DNA of 40,599 nucleotides from a virus (taxonomy: Duplodnaviria; Caudoviricetes): positions 1-40,599 of the IMG/VR virus record IMGVR_UViG_3300049070_000075, one strand, 5' to 3'. This document shows, in pieces, positions 1 through 11,300 of this stretch. Position 1 is the stretch's first letter. Each line of letters opens with the position of its first letter. Position numbers and translations under genes: made by a program. A model generated the notes under the pieces. The model searched no databases and was not told the origin of the DNA. It worked only from the letters and a program-made list of their open reading frames with translations.

Positions 1-1
1 T

Positions 2-100
2 GATAACGGTAGTAATCTTTATTTGTTAACTGTAGATGGTAGATATGATTTTGAAGAAGTTGCGTATTGGATTGAGAATTATGAAAAAAGAGAGAAATAA
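2..100 (+). CDS. 5'-truncated small hypothetical protein, paralog of 100..315
   Basis: Frame 2 reads DNGSNLYLLTVDGRYDFEEVAYWIENYEKREK*. Its TAA overlaps the next ATG (TAATG), and it shares D.RYDF.EV...IENY with the next ORF. Confidence 0.7.
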   Translation, partial: DNGSNLYLLTVDGRYDFEEVAYWIENYEKREK

Positions 101-315
101 TGGAAAAGCCTAAACCAAAAAGAGAAGTAGCTATTACTAATATTTTCAAATTTAATAATGAGATATGGTTTCAAGCCTCTCAGGATTCCGCTAATGACTT
201 AGAAGAATTTGGAACAATTATTAAACGAGCAGATAGAAAAGAATGGTATTCTATCCGAATAGATAGCAGGTATGATTTTGATGAGGTATTAAAATATATC
301 GAAAATTACGGTTAA
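100..315 (+). CDS. small hypothetical protein
   Basis: 71-aa ORF, translationally coupled to the upstream paralog. Confidence 0.75.
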   Translation: MEKPKPKREVAITNIFKFNNEIWFQASQDSANDLEEFGTIIKRADRKEWYSIRIDSRYDFDEVLKYIENYG

Positions 316-317
316 TT

Positions 318-339
318 TTTATCGTTAAAAAAGTTAGAA
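318..339 (+). repeat. dispersed 22-bp motif, copy 1 (TTTATCGTTAAAAAAGTTAGAA)
   Basis: One mismatch to consensus; identical to the copy at 40350. Confidence 0.9.
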
Positions 340-363
340 TTTCTATTACCCGGAAAGTTTTAT

Positions 364-1170
364 TTATACCGTATAGATTAGTTTGCTTTGAACAAACAAG
401 TTTTTTATAATTGATTCCCCCAAAGATTGACAACATAAAAAACACATAGAAACTCTAATATCACTAAATTGTGTACCATCTGCTTGAGCGCCAATAGCTA
501 AACCAGTAGCAGAATTATTCAACGTTGCAGGGATAGAGGTTGTATTATTTACTGAAATAAATCCACTAGATGAACCTTGATAGATCGTTATAGAAGTAGA
601 TGGAACAAAAACACCTACGATAAAATACCACACATCTGCATCAAAAGTTAAGCCTGTAGCTACTGTGGTATCTGTAGTTCCATTATTTGAAACTCCAAAA
701 ACAAACTGGTTCAAGGTATTTCGTCTCAAAGCATAGGCCCTAGCATTACCTGTCGTTGTTCCTTTTGAAAATAATCTAGTGGCTGTACTAGGGGTTGTAT
801 CTGATTGTACCCACATTCCAATGGTTAACCCTGTATTAGAAATATAAGCTTCATTTCCAATAATATCATGAGCGGCATTATCAGCTATGGAATGATACTG
901 AGTAGTTCCATTGTAAATGCAATAGGGAACACTGTTAGCAGAAGTATGAATAAATAACGAATTGGCATTATTTGTTAAACTATTTCCTAATGCCAAGTCA
1001 ACCGCTTGACCGGATGAACCTACAACACTCATGGGAGCGAAAAACCTTAATCCGGGTAACATCATATAAGAAGATATGATATTTCCCCAACGATTTACAA
1101 AATCATTTCTTCCAATAAAATAACCATTTAATGATTTAGCCAAAACATCTGGATTAAGTGTATTTGTCAT
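364..1170 (-). CDS. LamG/concanavalin A-like jelly-roll domain protein, probable tail tip or receptor-binding component
   Basis: LTIGMWV...WYFIVGVF...ITIY...LAIGA pattern typical of LamG_3 domains; lies at the end of the tail gene series. Confidence 0.75.
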   Translation of the reverse strand: MTNTLNPDVLAKSLNGYFIGRNDFVNRWGNIISSYMMLPGLRFFAPMSVVGSSGQAVDLALGNSLTNNANSLFIHTSANSVPYCIYNGTTQYHSIADNAAHDIIGNEAYISNTGLTIGMWVQSDTTPSTATRLFSKGTTTGNARAYALRRNTLNQFVFGVSNNGTTDTTVATGLTFDADVWYFIVGVFVPSTSITIYQGSSSGFISVNNTTSIPATLNNSATGLAIGAQADGTQFSDIRVSMCFLCCQSLGESIIKNLFVQSKLIYTV

Positions 1171-1209
1171 AATTTAAGGTTGAGTTATTATATTTATACA
1201 AATTGATAC

Positions 1210-1238
1210 TTGACAAATAAAAAAAAGTGTGTTAATAT
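1210..1238 (+). promoter_or_regulatory. sigma70-type promoter for 1281..1475
   Basis: TTGACA (1210-1215), 17-bp spacer, TAATAT (1233-1238) with an extended -10 TG; SD-like GAGGGAG before the ATG. Confidence 0.75.
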
Positions 1239-1280
1239 ATCTGTAGAATTAGATGATAAATTTTTCGAGGGAGTTATAAA

Positions 1281-1475
1281 ATGTTAAAAATAGGTGATAT
1301 TATCGAAGTTTCAAGTATTCTAAATGCTTTTACAAATGGTGAAAAACTTATTGGTAGAATTACTAAGATTAACAGTGATAGAATTACCTTACAGTTTCAA
1401 ATCGTAAATGATGGTTTTGAATATTTAGCTTTTACTGAAAATTGCACTAAGTTAGATAGAATCACCTTAAACTAA
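1281..1475 (+). CDS. small SH3/KOW-like hypothetical protein (moron-like)
   Basis: LKIGDIIEV...GRITKI beta-barrel-like pattern; has its own promoter, SD and terminator. Confidence 0.7.
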   Translation: MLKIGDIIEVSSILNAFTNGEKLIGRITKINSDRITLQFQIVNDGFEYLAFTENCTKLDRITLN

Positions 1476-1495
1476 TCCTCTTCTAAATTTATTTC

Positions 1496-1519
1496 AAACT
1501 CCCTCATTAGAGGGAGTTT
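1496..1519. terminator. probable bidirectional intrinsic terminator
   Basis: AAACTCCCTC-ATTA-GAGGGAGTTT hairpin between convergent genes. Confidence 0.75.
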
Positions 1520-1524
1520 CTATT

Positions 1525-2811
1525 TTACCCTGGTATATTTATTCCTCTTTGGACTTTAGCTAATAATTGAGGAAGTTCTTCCAATTCGTCACCTGATATT
1601 TGAAATTGATCTGGCGCTGTAAATGTCACAGAAACAATAAACGTATTTCTTAAATCCTCTTTTAGATTTGTTGGTTGAGAACGTCCTACTAAAAAATCAG
1701 GAGTTCTTAACCATTTCCCAGGTTGAATATTCCAGGGAAAAACTCTATTGTTTTGTTTATCCTCAATAGATTGTTCTTCGATTCGATAAAGATATTCTAT
1801 TTCATTTACAACAGCTTCATAGATTATTTGTCTATCCGCTAAAACCATAAAACTATAACGATTTAAGTCAACATCTCCGAGAGGTACTAATTCTTCAATA
1901 ATAGATTTTGCTCTAGGTGAACTATCTTCATAGGTAGGTATAGGTAAAGAATTACTTTCAAATCTACTTGTATCACTACTAAATATAGTAGAATACTGAG
2001 GGTAAGCTTGAATAATTGCTAATAATACATTGTCTAAATCATCTGTGATATTTATTAAATTATTATAATAATAAGTATCGAATAAATGATAATAACCCAA
2101 ACATTCTATTGATAGAGTGACATCGCCTCCATCCGAACTAATATCGGTAGAAGTCGGAGGGAATTTATTTTCATAAAGATATTTGTTAACCGCTTGATCG
2201 GCTATAGTTTGAGTTGTACTACCTACCGATAATATTTGTTGAATTACCCCATATCTATTTCGACTTGTAGCATCCTCAACTAAATCTGTAGTAGTACTTT
2301 CCCCGGAACTAGGAGGGGTTGTATTTACATCCAGTGGGGAGTAAGTACCAATAACTGAATTGCCCATATCGAGCAATGGACCTATAACCTTACTTTCTCC
2401 CCCAATTTGAACACTGATTCTATTTACAAATCCTTCCCAAATAACAACCAAACTTTCATTTTTAGTTACAATATGCCTACCTAGACCATTGATTAACCAA
2501 TTATCAATATAAGAACTATTGCCAGCAATTGAAAATGAGCATTGGTCAAAACCTTTGTAAGCTGAAATCGAATGTTGATAATCGTTCAATTCATCCGATA
2601 AAGTTTCAATATAACCCTGTCTGTCAGTTTGCCATAAAGGGTCACTGACAATAACAGGTAAAGACAAAGATTGAAACTGAGTAGGAATATTTAGAGTATC
2701 TTCTTGTAATAGAGATACCTCAACAACAGCATCCCCATATTCAGGAAAATAATCCAGGGGAATATAATCTACTGGTATATAATCTTCTGATAAAATATAA
2801 TCAGGAGCCAT
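1525..2811 (-). CDS. putative baseplate hub / tail tip (Tal-like) protein
   Basis: Lies downstream of TMP and the Dit-like gene; VIWEGFV and S..RYGV motifs as in hub proteins; N-terminal DY(I/F)P repeats. Confidence 0.55.
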   Translation of the reverse strand: MAPDYILSEDYIPVDYIPLDYFPEYGDAVVEVSLLQEDTLNIPTQFQSLSLPVIVSDPLWQTDRQGYIETLSDELNDYQHSISAYKGFDQCSFSIAGNSSYIDNWLINGLGRHIVTKNESLVVIWEGFVNRISVQIGGESKVIGPLLDMGNSVIGTYSPLDVNTTPPSSGESTTTDLVEDATSRNRYGVIQQILSVGSTTQTIADQAVNKYLYENKFPPTSTDISSDGGDVTLSIECLGYYHLFDTYYYNNLINITDDLDNVLLAIIQAYPQYSTIFSSDTSRFESNSLPIPTYEDSSPRAKSIIEELVPLGDVDLNRYSFMVLADRQIIYEAVVNEIEYLYRIEEQSIEDKQNNRVFPWNIQPGKWLRTPDFLVGRSQPTNLKEDLRNTFIVSVTFTAPDQFQISGDELEELPQLLAKVQRGINIPG

Positions 2812-3367
2812 CCCTAGTCCCTACCGCTGTTCTATTTCCGTTAGCGTCAACAGTTGCACTTATACGATTTTTACTATCGGCTATATCTCTAAATACAACA
2901 GTAGAAGTACCACCACCTGAACTTTTACCTGTTGCAAAAGACAATAATAATCTAACAGCTTGCCTAAAAGTAATAGTTGTTTCTACTACTTCGTCGTGAA
3001 TACTATCAATAGTTCCGCTTGTTAAATCGACCGTAAAATTATCAGTACCAGCTACAAAATAATCATAAACCTCAGCAGGTACAACCATCCAATCATCCCA
3101 AACGCCTAAATGGACAGCACTATCTGTTGTTTGTATTTTTAATTTTCCAAGTGTATTAGTATCAGTGGTATCTAAAGGAAGAAAATAATACCCCCCTCTG
3201 TCATGAGTTATAGCTGTTGCACTGTTTCTTAAAGCCATAGTAGCGCCATTTTTACCTAAATAAACACTCATTCCTGATATAGCGGTTTCAGGTGTTACCC
3301 CATCTGTTTTATCTACAAATTGACCGTAATGAAGTGTAACAGCAGTGGATTGTTTTAATATTTTCAT
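2801..3367 (-). CDS. putative virion structural protein
   Basis: 188-aa beta-rich ORF overlapping its neighbours in the tail module. Confidence 0.6.
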   Translation of the reverse strand: MKILKQSTAVTLHYGQFVDKTDGVTPETAISGMSVYLGKNGATMALRNSATAITHDRGGYYFLPLDTTDTNTLGKLKIQTTDSAVHLGVWDDWMVVPAEVYDYFVAGTDNFTVDLTSGTIDSIHDEVVETTITFRQAVRLLLSFATGKSSGGGTSTVVFRDIADSKNRISATVDANGNRTAVGTRDGS

Positions 3368-6231
3368 CGTCGTCTCATTATGTGGTAGTGTCTGGAAATT
3401 GGAGCTATTGTAGTAGTAGAAGCGGCAGGGCCTTCTAGAGCAAAAGCAAATACTTTTTTAGCTGTCCCTGCTACGTTAGTATGATTTAGCTGCCAACCTG
3501 TGGAAGTAAATTGAATAAATGAAGCAAGATTTTGAACAGTTCCATCGTCGTCAGGTAAATTTATAGCTAAATCATCCGATAGTGATTTAGATACGGTAGT
3601 GGCAGCGGCATCTTCGGTATAAATAACATTTGAAAACGAATTATAAGAAGTAAATGCGCCTATCCCTATACTGCCTGCCTTATTATCGTTGTAAGCTGTA
3701 TTAGCTGCTTCTGTATTAGTTAATCCTAAAATAACCAATTGAGGGTAAAATGTAGGTGTGGTTATTGTTTGTGTACCTATTGCAGTAGGAGTATCAGTAT
3801 CACCAATCCAGTAATTTTCATCATCGAATTGCAACGCTAAATAGCCTACCTCATCCGTTCCTCCTGCACCTGTTCGTTGCGTAATTGTAAAATCTGTTGC
3901 GCCTACAGCCGTTAATTCGGTAGCATTTAAGACCGTTCCTCCTGATTGTAATCTGGCCGATACTCTATTATTAAGAAATTGAGAAGAAACATCAGTATCG
4001 GCTACACCATTGGCAGAACGAGTAACCCAGCAACGTTGTGTTAAATTTCCTCCTGCTATACCGAAAGATAATAAGGCTGTAGCCGAACTATCAGGTATTG
4101 CTCCACTGGCAGCAATAAATAAAAATACATTAGCTTGAAAGCCTATAGAGGGGGCAACTGCCCCCCCATTAGAGGCAGGAGTTAAAAAAGTCCCAACTTT
4201 AGCATTAGTCGCATCAAACAAAATAACGGTGATTAGATAAGCGGCGTCAGGCGCATCAGTCCAGTTAATTGTTACACCTGCTCCTGAGCCTACATCAGCA
4301 TCAAATTGTACAAAATCAGCTTGTGCCGTAATAGTTCCAGTAGAGGTTATCACAAAAATACAACCATCTTCAATTGATCTTCTTCTAGTTGCTGTAGTAC
4401 CAACTGCATCGTCATCCCATTGACAAATTGCTACTCTTTCGCTTGTACTTGTAGCAAACCCTATCCCTAAAACTGAATCGCTTGAAGCTGTTCCGTCAGT
4501 AATAGCTGAGGTGATAATAAACATGGCAGCATTAGGGGTAGTATGTAATTGGCTATCCCTAAAAGTCTGATTTCCTATAGATGTATTTGTAACTGTTCTA
4601 ATCAAACCTGATGATTTAACAGGAATGCCAGGATCGGCATTATAAGGCTGCCAACCTATTGTTAAATCACCATTATAAGCTGTTCTATCTGGAAAACTTG
4701 CAGGTAAAGCCACACCATTATCAATAGCAATGGATGAACCTGAAGTAATTGTCATGGGGTAAGGATAACTATCTAAATCAATAAAAGGATTACCATCAGT
4801 TTGATCTAATCCGTTAGTTTCCCATCCACTAGCTATCCCTTCAGCACTCGCTCTAAAGGCGTCAAGATCGGCTCTTTCTTGACCATTGTTTTTATCAAAA
4901 TCTTTAAGTAAATTACCACTTCCGCTAATTCGATAGTAAATATTGCCATCGTATTCGTTACCTGTCTCGGTATGGAGGGGAGAACCATTGATGGCAAATT
5001 TACTAGCCTCGACTAAAAATATATTATTATAAACTTCAATGTTTGTCAGTTCCGATGGTGTAGCATTTCCCATTGGGAATACATTACCATTAGCGGTCAT
5101 AACATTGTGATAGATTTTTATATTGTTTCTGGTTTGACCATCCGAACCTTTCCAACATCTCCCAGATCCATTACTGTCTTTATCGGCTGTGATTTTATTT
5201 CTGTAAAAATAAGTAGGCCCATCATAATGGGGTGTCATGGAAACCCCATTATAACAGTCATAAATTTCGTTTTGGAATATTTCTATGTTGCGGCAATAAT
5301 TTTCAATTTCTATACCATCATCCATAATATCATGCATAACATTTTCATAGATCAAATTGCCGTTAACATATGGAGTACTACTATCTGTTTTATTAACATT
5401 TATTCCATTAAAAAATCCAGATATTTGGTTTCTTCTAAATATATTAGACAATCCTCCAATGGCTTGTTTTATACCACTCCCTTCCATTGGAGAAGCTTTG
5501 ATTTGAGTCCATGTCCATGTTGATTTACGAGTATCGACAATAGTACAATCTTCAATGATATTTCCGTCTGCGCCTCCCCCATCATTACGAAAATATGCTC
5601 CCCATTTAGCAAGTTTCAAAATACAATTTGAAACAGTATTATTGTCAGCCCCATCTAAAAATTTAACGCAGCCTTCACCCGCTATTTGAAGTTCTAAATT
5701 TCTAACAGTACAATTTGATATATTGCTAAATAAAAAAACATGATTGGCAGCACTAATTCTTAAATTTGTACTATTTGGATTACCTGTCCCTGTTGCCCCA
5801 AGAATTATATAGAGACGATTATTAGGATTATCAAAATAAATCCCTTCCCCTCTATCAAAACCTGTCAGATCGGCATAAGTCTCATATGTAAATAATCTAG
5901 TATCGCTACTTTGATATACTCCATTGACTTCATTGTTATTAGCGGTATAAGAATATCTATAAACACTTCTGCCTGATACTGTCGCGTGAAATGTCCAACT
6001 TCCACTAGGGGATGTTGCTAAAATCTCAATTGCTCCTGAGATGACTGGATTTTCTCCTGTTTTGGCTTCTACTGTTATTCCACTGATAAGGGAAATTACT
6101 TCATAATAAGGAGTGCCTTTATCACCTATTTTTACTTTATATCCACTGGAAGCCGCTGTAACAGCCGATTGAATTGTAGTATGTCCAGATACAAAAATAT
6201 CTGAAGCATCATATAAATCAACATTTGCCAT
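3364..6231 (-). CDS. tail spike/fibre with right-handed parallel beta-helix (pectate lyase-like), possible depolymerase
   Basis: TIQSAV..A..G..V.I..G.YYE start; repeated N.I.NN and GI.I beta-helix rungs; S/T-rich C-terminal half. Confidence 0.7.
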   Translation of the reverse strand: MANVDLYDASDIFVSGHTTIQSAVTAASSGYKVKIGDKGTPYYEVISLISGITVEAKTGENPVISGAIEILATSPSGSWTFHATVSGRSVYRYSYTANNNEVNGVYQSSDTRLFTYETYADLTGFDRGEGIYFDNPNNRLYIILGATGTGNPNSTNLRISAANHVFLFSNISNCTVRNLELQIAGEGCVKFLDGADNNTVSNCILKLAKWGAYFRNDGGGADGNIIEDCTIVDTRKSTWTWTQIKASPMEGSGIKQAIGGLSNIFRRNQISGFFNGINVNKTDSSTPYVNGNLIYENVMHDIMDDGIEIENYCRNIEIFQNEIYDCYNGVSMTPHYDGPTYFYRNKITADKDSNGSGRCWKGSDGQTRNNIKIYHNVMTANGNVFPMGNATPSELTNIEVYNNIFLVEASKFAINGSPLHTETGNEYDGNIYYRISGSGNLLKDFDKNNGQERADLDAFRASAEGIASGWETNGLDQTDGNPFIDLDSYPYPMTITSGSSIAIDNGVALPASFPDRTAYNGDLTIGWQPYNADPGIPVKSSGLIRTVTNTSIGNQTFRDSQLHTTPNAAMFIITSAITDGTASSDSVLGIGFATSTSERVAICQWDDDAVGTTATRRRSIEDGCIFVITSTGTITAQADFVQFDADVGSGAGVTINWTDAPDAAYLITVILFDATNAKVGTFLTPASNGGAVAPSIGFQANVFLFIAASGAIPDSSATALLSFGIAGGNLTQRCWVTRSANGVADTDVSSQFLNNRVSARLQSGGTVLNATELTAVGATDFTITQRTGAGGTDEVGYLALQFDDENYWIGDTDTPTAIGTQTITTPTFYPQLVILGLTNTEAANTAYNDNKAGSIGIGAFTSYNSFSNVIYTEDAAATTVSKSLSDDLAINLPDDDGTVQNLASFIQFTSTGWQLNHTNVAGTAKKVFAFALEGPAASTTTIAPISRHYHIMRRR

Positions 6232-8280
6232 TTATCTAGATCCTCGCATAGATAAATAACGTTGATTTTTATAGACTTGAATATTCCAAGCTACTTCAGG
6301 ATAAGATACCCAAGTATTACTAATTCCATAACTCATTGAGAATACCCATAGTCGTTGAGTAGAATTGGCTTGTAACATTGCATGTCCATTTGTAGAATAT
6401 TCGTAAATGGAAGAGATGTAATCATCTTCATTTCTAATAACTGATCTTCCTTGTTTTCTTAGATTAGTAATACTATCTATGTCAATCAAGTGTTTATCAT
6501 CGTTAAAATAGCCAATAATTGAATTGCCATTATTGGTCTTATCTGTAAAATCACCTATCCATTCGTCTGTGGGGATTAAAATCAAGTCATAAAAATAAAC
6601 TGTTCTGCTAACATTCGATACATTGGCCAGTTGAATTTCTATTGATGTTTGATCGCATATTTCATCGAAGTTTATGGAGTTCCCACCTAAAGTAATAGCA
6701 TCTAAATCTATTACTTCCCAATCATTATCTGCTTTTGGGCTAACTATTCTTGAATAAAATGGACTTCCCCCACTCCCTGTAATAACCTTTAGTCTTATTT
6801 CAATATCACCAGCATCACCATTAGTTTGATACATTCTCAAAAAGACATGATACGTGCCATAATAATCTCTAACATTATTGACAAAAGTAAAACTAACTCT
6901 TGTAATAGGGGAACCATCTAAATTAGAACTTGTGTATTGGGCATAACCATTAGCCGGTGTTCTAGGATTAAAACCCACAAAAAAGGTGGTATCTGTACCA
7001 GTATCTACTGTTACATCCACAGGAATATAAAAAGTAGGTGCAATGTTCAAATAGGCAGAGAAATTATCGCCCCTACTTGTTGATCTCAATCCACAAACTA
7101 CCCTATTAGAATGTAGCTCTAAACTATTACTATCAGAAACATTAGTTAGCTTAAATCTTGCTAAGGCTGGCATGTCACCTAATACATCTTCTGTTTCAAA
7201 GTATGGGACATTGGCAGCATAAATTTGTCTATTAACTTGAGTAGGTGGGCTAACTGTTCCTGTTAACGCTGTTATTCTAGCTCTTACAATTCCACCTAAA
7301 GAGCCATTTATATTAACGGTGTTAGCCATACCAGAAGGAATTTCCCAAAATACACCATTAACCCCTGTGACAGTAAAGTTAAAAGTATGATCTTGGACAA
7401 TTAAAGTTGTCCATGCTGCCCCATTATAATATTCCCAGGTTATGGTAGGATTGCCAGATAAGGCAGTACCTATATCAAAAATTAAAGATGAAAAAGGCCA
7501 TGCCTCTTGTGTTCCTGATATACTATCGTCTATTATAAAGTATAAAATATCACCTACCGCAGGAGGGTTAGGATATAGATTTTTAGGAAATGAACTTATA
7601 GGGAGAATGTTTGTATAACTGCTTCCACTAGCATCAAATATCTTTATATGAGTTAGATTTGAGATTGGATACTTGTTGCTTATAAATAAAATCCCATCGC
7701 TATCTACTTCAGCGCCCATGTTTGTGGTATCAATCCCATTATATGCCCATTCAACCACATTACTTATTTCTACTTCATCCCCAGTTCCAGGCTGATTACT
7801 AAGCCAATGCCCTCTTTCGATAACTAAAGCCATATTAGTCATTAAAGACTTTTTCTTTTTAGTAGAAATAAAAGCATTGTCTAAGGGGTTTTCATCGTCA
7901 GGACTTTGAAAGAACTTCACAAGAGCATATCTTATTTCAGTTTCATTACTTGCTTTTGCTTCAATCCAGACAGGTTTGTTAATCCACAAAGAGACATAAT
8001 AATTTAATCCTTTAACTAATAACCTCCGAGTATCTTGGAGAATGGCGATTAGATCATCCTCTGTGTAAGCTGACAAATCATGGTCAAATGTCTCTGTTGC
8101 ATTTTGGAATCGCCATTGAGATAACTTTCTTTCGCCTGTTAAAGGACTTTCTCTAAACGTTCCTACATTCTCAGGAGTTCTAGGACGCCAATCCTTCACC
8201 TCAATGCCACTTGGTATTTTTGGATTGATTAAATCTATTCTTGTAGTTCCATCTGTGATTGCTAAAATTGGGCCTGCCAT
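6232..8280 (-). CDS. distal tail (Dit)-like protein with inserted carbohydrate-binding-like segments
   Basis: Immediately follows TMP; contains GDMPA and TWEYYNG.AW motifs and ends in ...QRYLSMRG. Confidence 0.55.
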   Translation of the reverse strand: MAGPILAITDGTTRIDLINPKIPSGIEVKDWRPRTPENVGTFRESPLTGERKLSQWRFQNATETFDHDLSAYTEDDLIAILQDTRRLLVKGLNYYVSLWINKPVWIEAKASNETEIRYALVKFFQSPDDENPLDNAFISTKKKKSLMTNMALVIERGHWLSNQPGTGDEVEISNVVEWAYNGIDTTNMGAEVDSDGILFISNKYPISNLTHIKIFDASGSSYTNILPISSFPKNLYPNPPAVGDILYFIIDDSISGTQEAWPFSSLIFDIGTALSGNPTITWEYYNGAAWTTLIVQDHTFNFTVTGVNGVFWEIPSGMANTVNINGSLGGIVRARITALTGTVSPPTQVNRQIYAANVPYFETEDVLGDMPALARFKLTNVSDSNSLELHSNRVVCGLRSTSRGDNFSAYLNIAPTFYIPVDVTVDTGTDTTFFVGFNPRTPANGYAQYTSSNLDGSPITRVSFTFVNNVRDYYGTYHVFLRMYQTNGDAGDIEIRLKVITGSGGSPFYSRIVSPKADNDWEVIDLDAITLGGNSINFDEICDQTSIEIQLANVSNVSRTVYFYDLILIPTDEWIGDFTDKTNNGNSIIGYFNDDKHLIDIDSITNLRKQGRSVIRNEDDYISSIYEYSTNGHAMLQANSTQRLWVFSMSYGISNTWVSYPEVAWNIQVYKNQRYLSMRGSR

Positions 8281-8284
8281 AAAA

Positions 8285-8306
8285 TCCTAACTTTTTTATT
8301 GTTAAA
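8285..8306 (-). repeat. dispersed 22-bp motif, copy 2 (TTTAACAATAAAAAAGTTAGGA)
   Basis: Three mismatches; spans the TMP stop codon and the RBS region of the next gene. Confidence 0.7.
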
Positions 8307-11300
8307 TATTTTGCCTAACATATTTTCTAAACATCATACCATTTAACTGAGGATTACCTGATGAATTCCCCCCAAAGTTCATATTTCCAAAGTTGTAATT
8401 ATTGGAGTTATAAATAGTTGATGAGGAAGAAACTAACTTATTTCCTACTCTACCCATTGCACTTTGTAACATTCCTTTTGATTTCTCAATACCCAGAGCT
8501 AAACCTTGTCCAGCCTGTAAACCTTTTTTCATAAGAACTTTAGAGGGTGAGGCAATTTGTAAATCGCTATTTATTTGATCGACTAAAGCCATAGTGACAG
8601 CATTAGTAGCAGCTAGTAGATCTTCTACACTTGCATCTAATCCAAATTTCATGCCAGAGAAAATATCCCCGCCAAGTGATTGACCTAACTTTAATAAGTC
8701 CAATTGAACTTTTAACTTATCTAGTTTTTCCTGGGCTTCTTTTTGGCGTGTAATTAACTCTTCTTTTCTCTTTTGTTCTTCCAAAAGCCTATTATATTCC
8801 TCTTGTGCGCTTACTTTGTCCCAAAAAATATAAGACATTTGACCTTCAAAAGCGCCATGTAACATTTCATCAGCTAAAGTAATACTTTCTTTCCCGCTAT
8901 CTAAAAATTCTTTTAGAAATGCCATTCTTTCGGCATTATCGCCCTTAGCCAATTCATTAAACTCTTTTTTACTATCAATTATGGCTTGGTTGTTCTTTTC
9001 GATGGATAACCTATTTTTATCCATTTCTTCAGTTAATTCTCTAATTGCGATTTTCTTTTTATCAATTGCAATTAAATCTTGGTTTTCGTTTGTAGTAAGT
9101 TCTGAAAGTTCCCTGTTAAGAATGCTTAATTTTTCTTCCTGTTCTAACAAAGTATCAGTTAGTTTAATATTCCCATCATTTAGTTTTTTATTACTGTCAT
9201 GATATTTATCGGTAGCCTTTTTAGCCCCCTCCATATTCCCCATTTGCTTTTGTAACATGTCCGCAAGAGTAGAGCCGGCACTAGACCAAGAGCCAGCCAT
9301 TTGCATCATATTTCCGAGATTTTCTATTCTTATTTGTTTTTGAAATGCCAAGAAAGTATCACTAAAATGTGAAAATAAACCTTGTGCCTCAGCTATTCCT
9401 TGAAGCATTTGGGGAGGTACATTCCATGCTCTTGCTTGTTCTCCTAAAATACGTGGTAAATCAGCGCCAGATAATTCGCCTGATGCCAATCTCCCCATAT
9501 TTCCACTTATATTCAACTTCAAAATGTCTCTAACATCATTCCAGTTAGATAACATAGAGTTGGCAGCAAAACCCCCCATGTTGAGACTATCTATAAATCT
9601 ATCAGCAGAGGCAGCACTGCCTAACATGCCTTGTTGCATTCCTGCTATAGCGTTTGTTGCTTGTTGCGCCCCTCCTGCTATATCCATCAAAGCATAAGCC
9701 ATAGGAGGAGGAGAACCAGGGGTTAAAATGTCAGGTAAACTAAAACTAGCTACTGTGTCAGCCATTGAATTGAAATAGCCAATCATGTCTTTAATGGCTT
9801 GAATAACCATTTCAATTCCTTCATTGAGAATAGGAAAAACTACCTCGCCTAAATCTTTTAGAACAGGAGAAACATCACTTTTAACTGTAGCCCCCAAACT
9901 TGTAAAATAAGGCATGATATTATCACGCAAAGAATTACCAACCTGAACCAAAGCAGGTTGAAGTATATTTTTCCAAATACCCGCCATTGCTTCCAAAGCT
10001 TTACCTACAACCGCATTAAGTAGATTTCCCAATGAAGCCATAACATCAACTATCAGGGATATACCATCATTCATTGAAAGGAAAACAGGTACTACATCGG
10101 ATTGTATAAATGAGGATAAGGATTGAAATGCACCATAGGCAGTTTGGATATATTGTACCCATAAAGAAAACGCACTCGCAGCAACACCACTTAAAAAACC
10201 AATCCACTGTACCCATGCTGGTATAAGAGTAGATACAATAAAAGTGCCTATTGCTGATAATCCAACTAGGAACGAATCAAGTAAACCTTTACCACTTCCA
10301 AAAGTAGCAGTTAATTGACCAAAAGATTGCTGAATTGAAGTGATGGCAGGTTGTACTAATGTGGAAAGAGTTGTAAATTGTTCTGTCAAATAAGCAACAA
10401 CAGAACCTACTATACCCTGGATATTCCCCCAATTACCCATCCAGGCAGCACCTAATAAACCCGCTGCTGCAATAATTAAATTGATTGGAGTAAGAAGAGA
10501 CATTACACCAGCGACTAAAGCAACAAATACTCCTCCTGCTAAAACTGCCCCTACTCCTAATAAAATTCCTTTGAATTCTTCAAAATGCCGATTGACAAAT
10601 TCAATACTTGTATTGATCGTATCTAAGAAACTAAATTCACCCAATCCCGAAAAAGAAGAAGTTATAGTACTACCTAAATCTGTAAATAAAGTAGTCATTT
10701 TGCTGATTAGTTCTAGTGTTTGTGGGGTTAAACCTAATGCCGCAACTAATCCACCTGTTCCCTCGGATTGGAAAATTGAAAATAATAACTTTCCCTTATT
10801 GATAAAATTATCAATTCCTGTTGCAATCAAACCAAAAGCATCAACAACCTTTGAACTATTCTCTGATGCAAATTTTGAAAAAGCTTCAGTAACACTTCTG
10901 ATAATAGGTAGAAACTTATCGCCTAATTGAATTTGGATTGCTTCAATAATTCCTTTGAATATTTCCCAAGCACCTTTGAGACTGTCAACTCTTGTTGCGG
11001 CACTTTCAGCGGCTAAACCGTTTTTGTTAACTTCTCCTGACAAAGTTCTAAATTCATCCTCTGTCATTTCAGCTAAACCTAATACAGTTCTCATTGCATC
11101 AGTACCACCTAAAATAGTGGCAAGTTTAGCTTTTTCTTCTTCTGTTAGTTTCTTAGTTGTTGTGATAGTTTCAGTTTGAGCATTATTAACTAAATCAATT
11201 GCACCTTGATACTCACCTAACTTTTCTTTATTATCAGTTATATTGTTAGTTAACTTTTGAATGGCTAGTGCCTGGTTTTTCATTCCCATTTCACTAGCAT

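Noticed and set aside
364-6231. Diversity-generating retroelement or invertible tail-fibre cassette
   Set aside because: No reverse transcriptase, invertase or TR/VR-like repeat pair was seen in this window.
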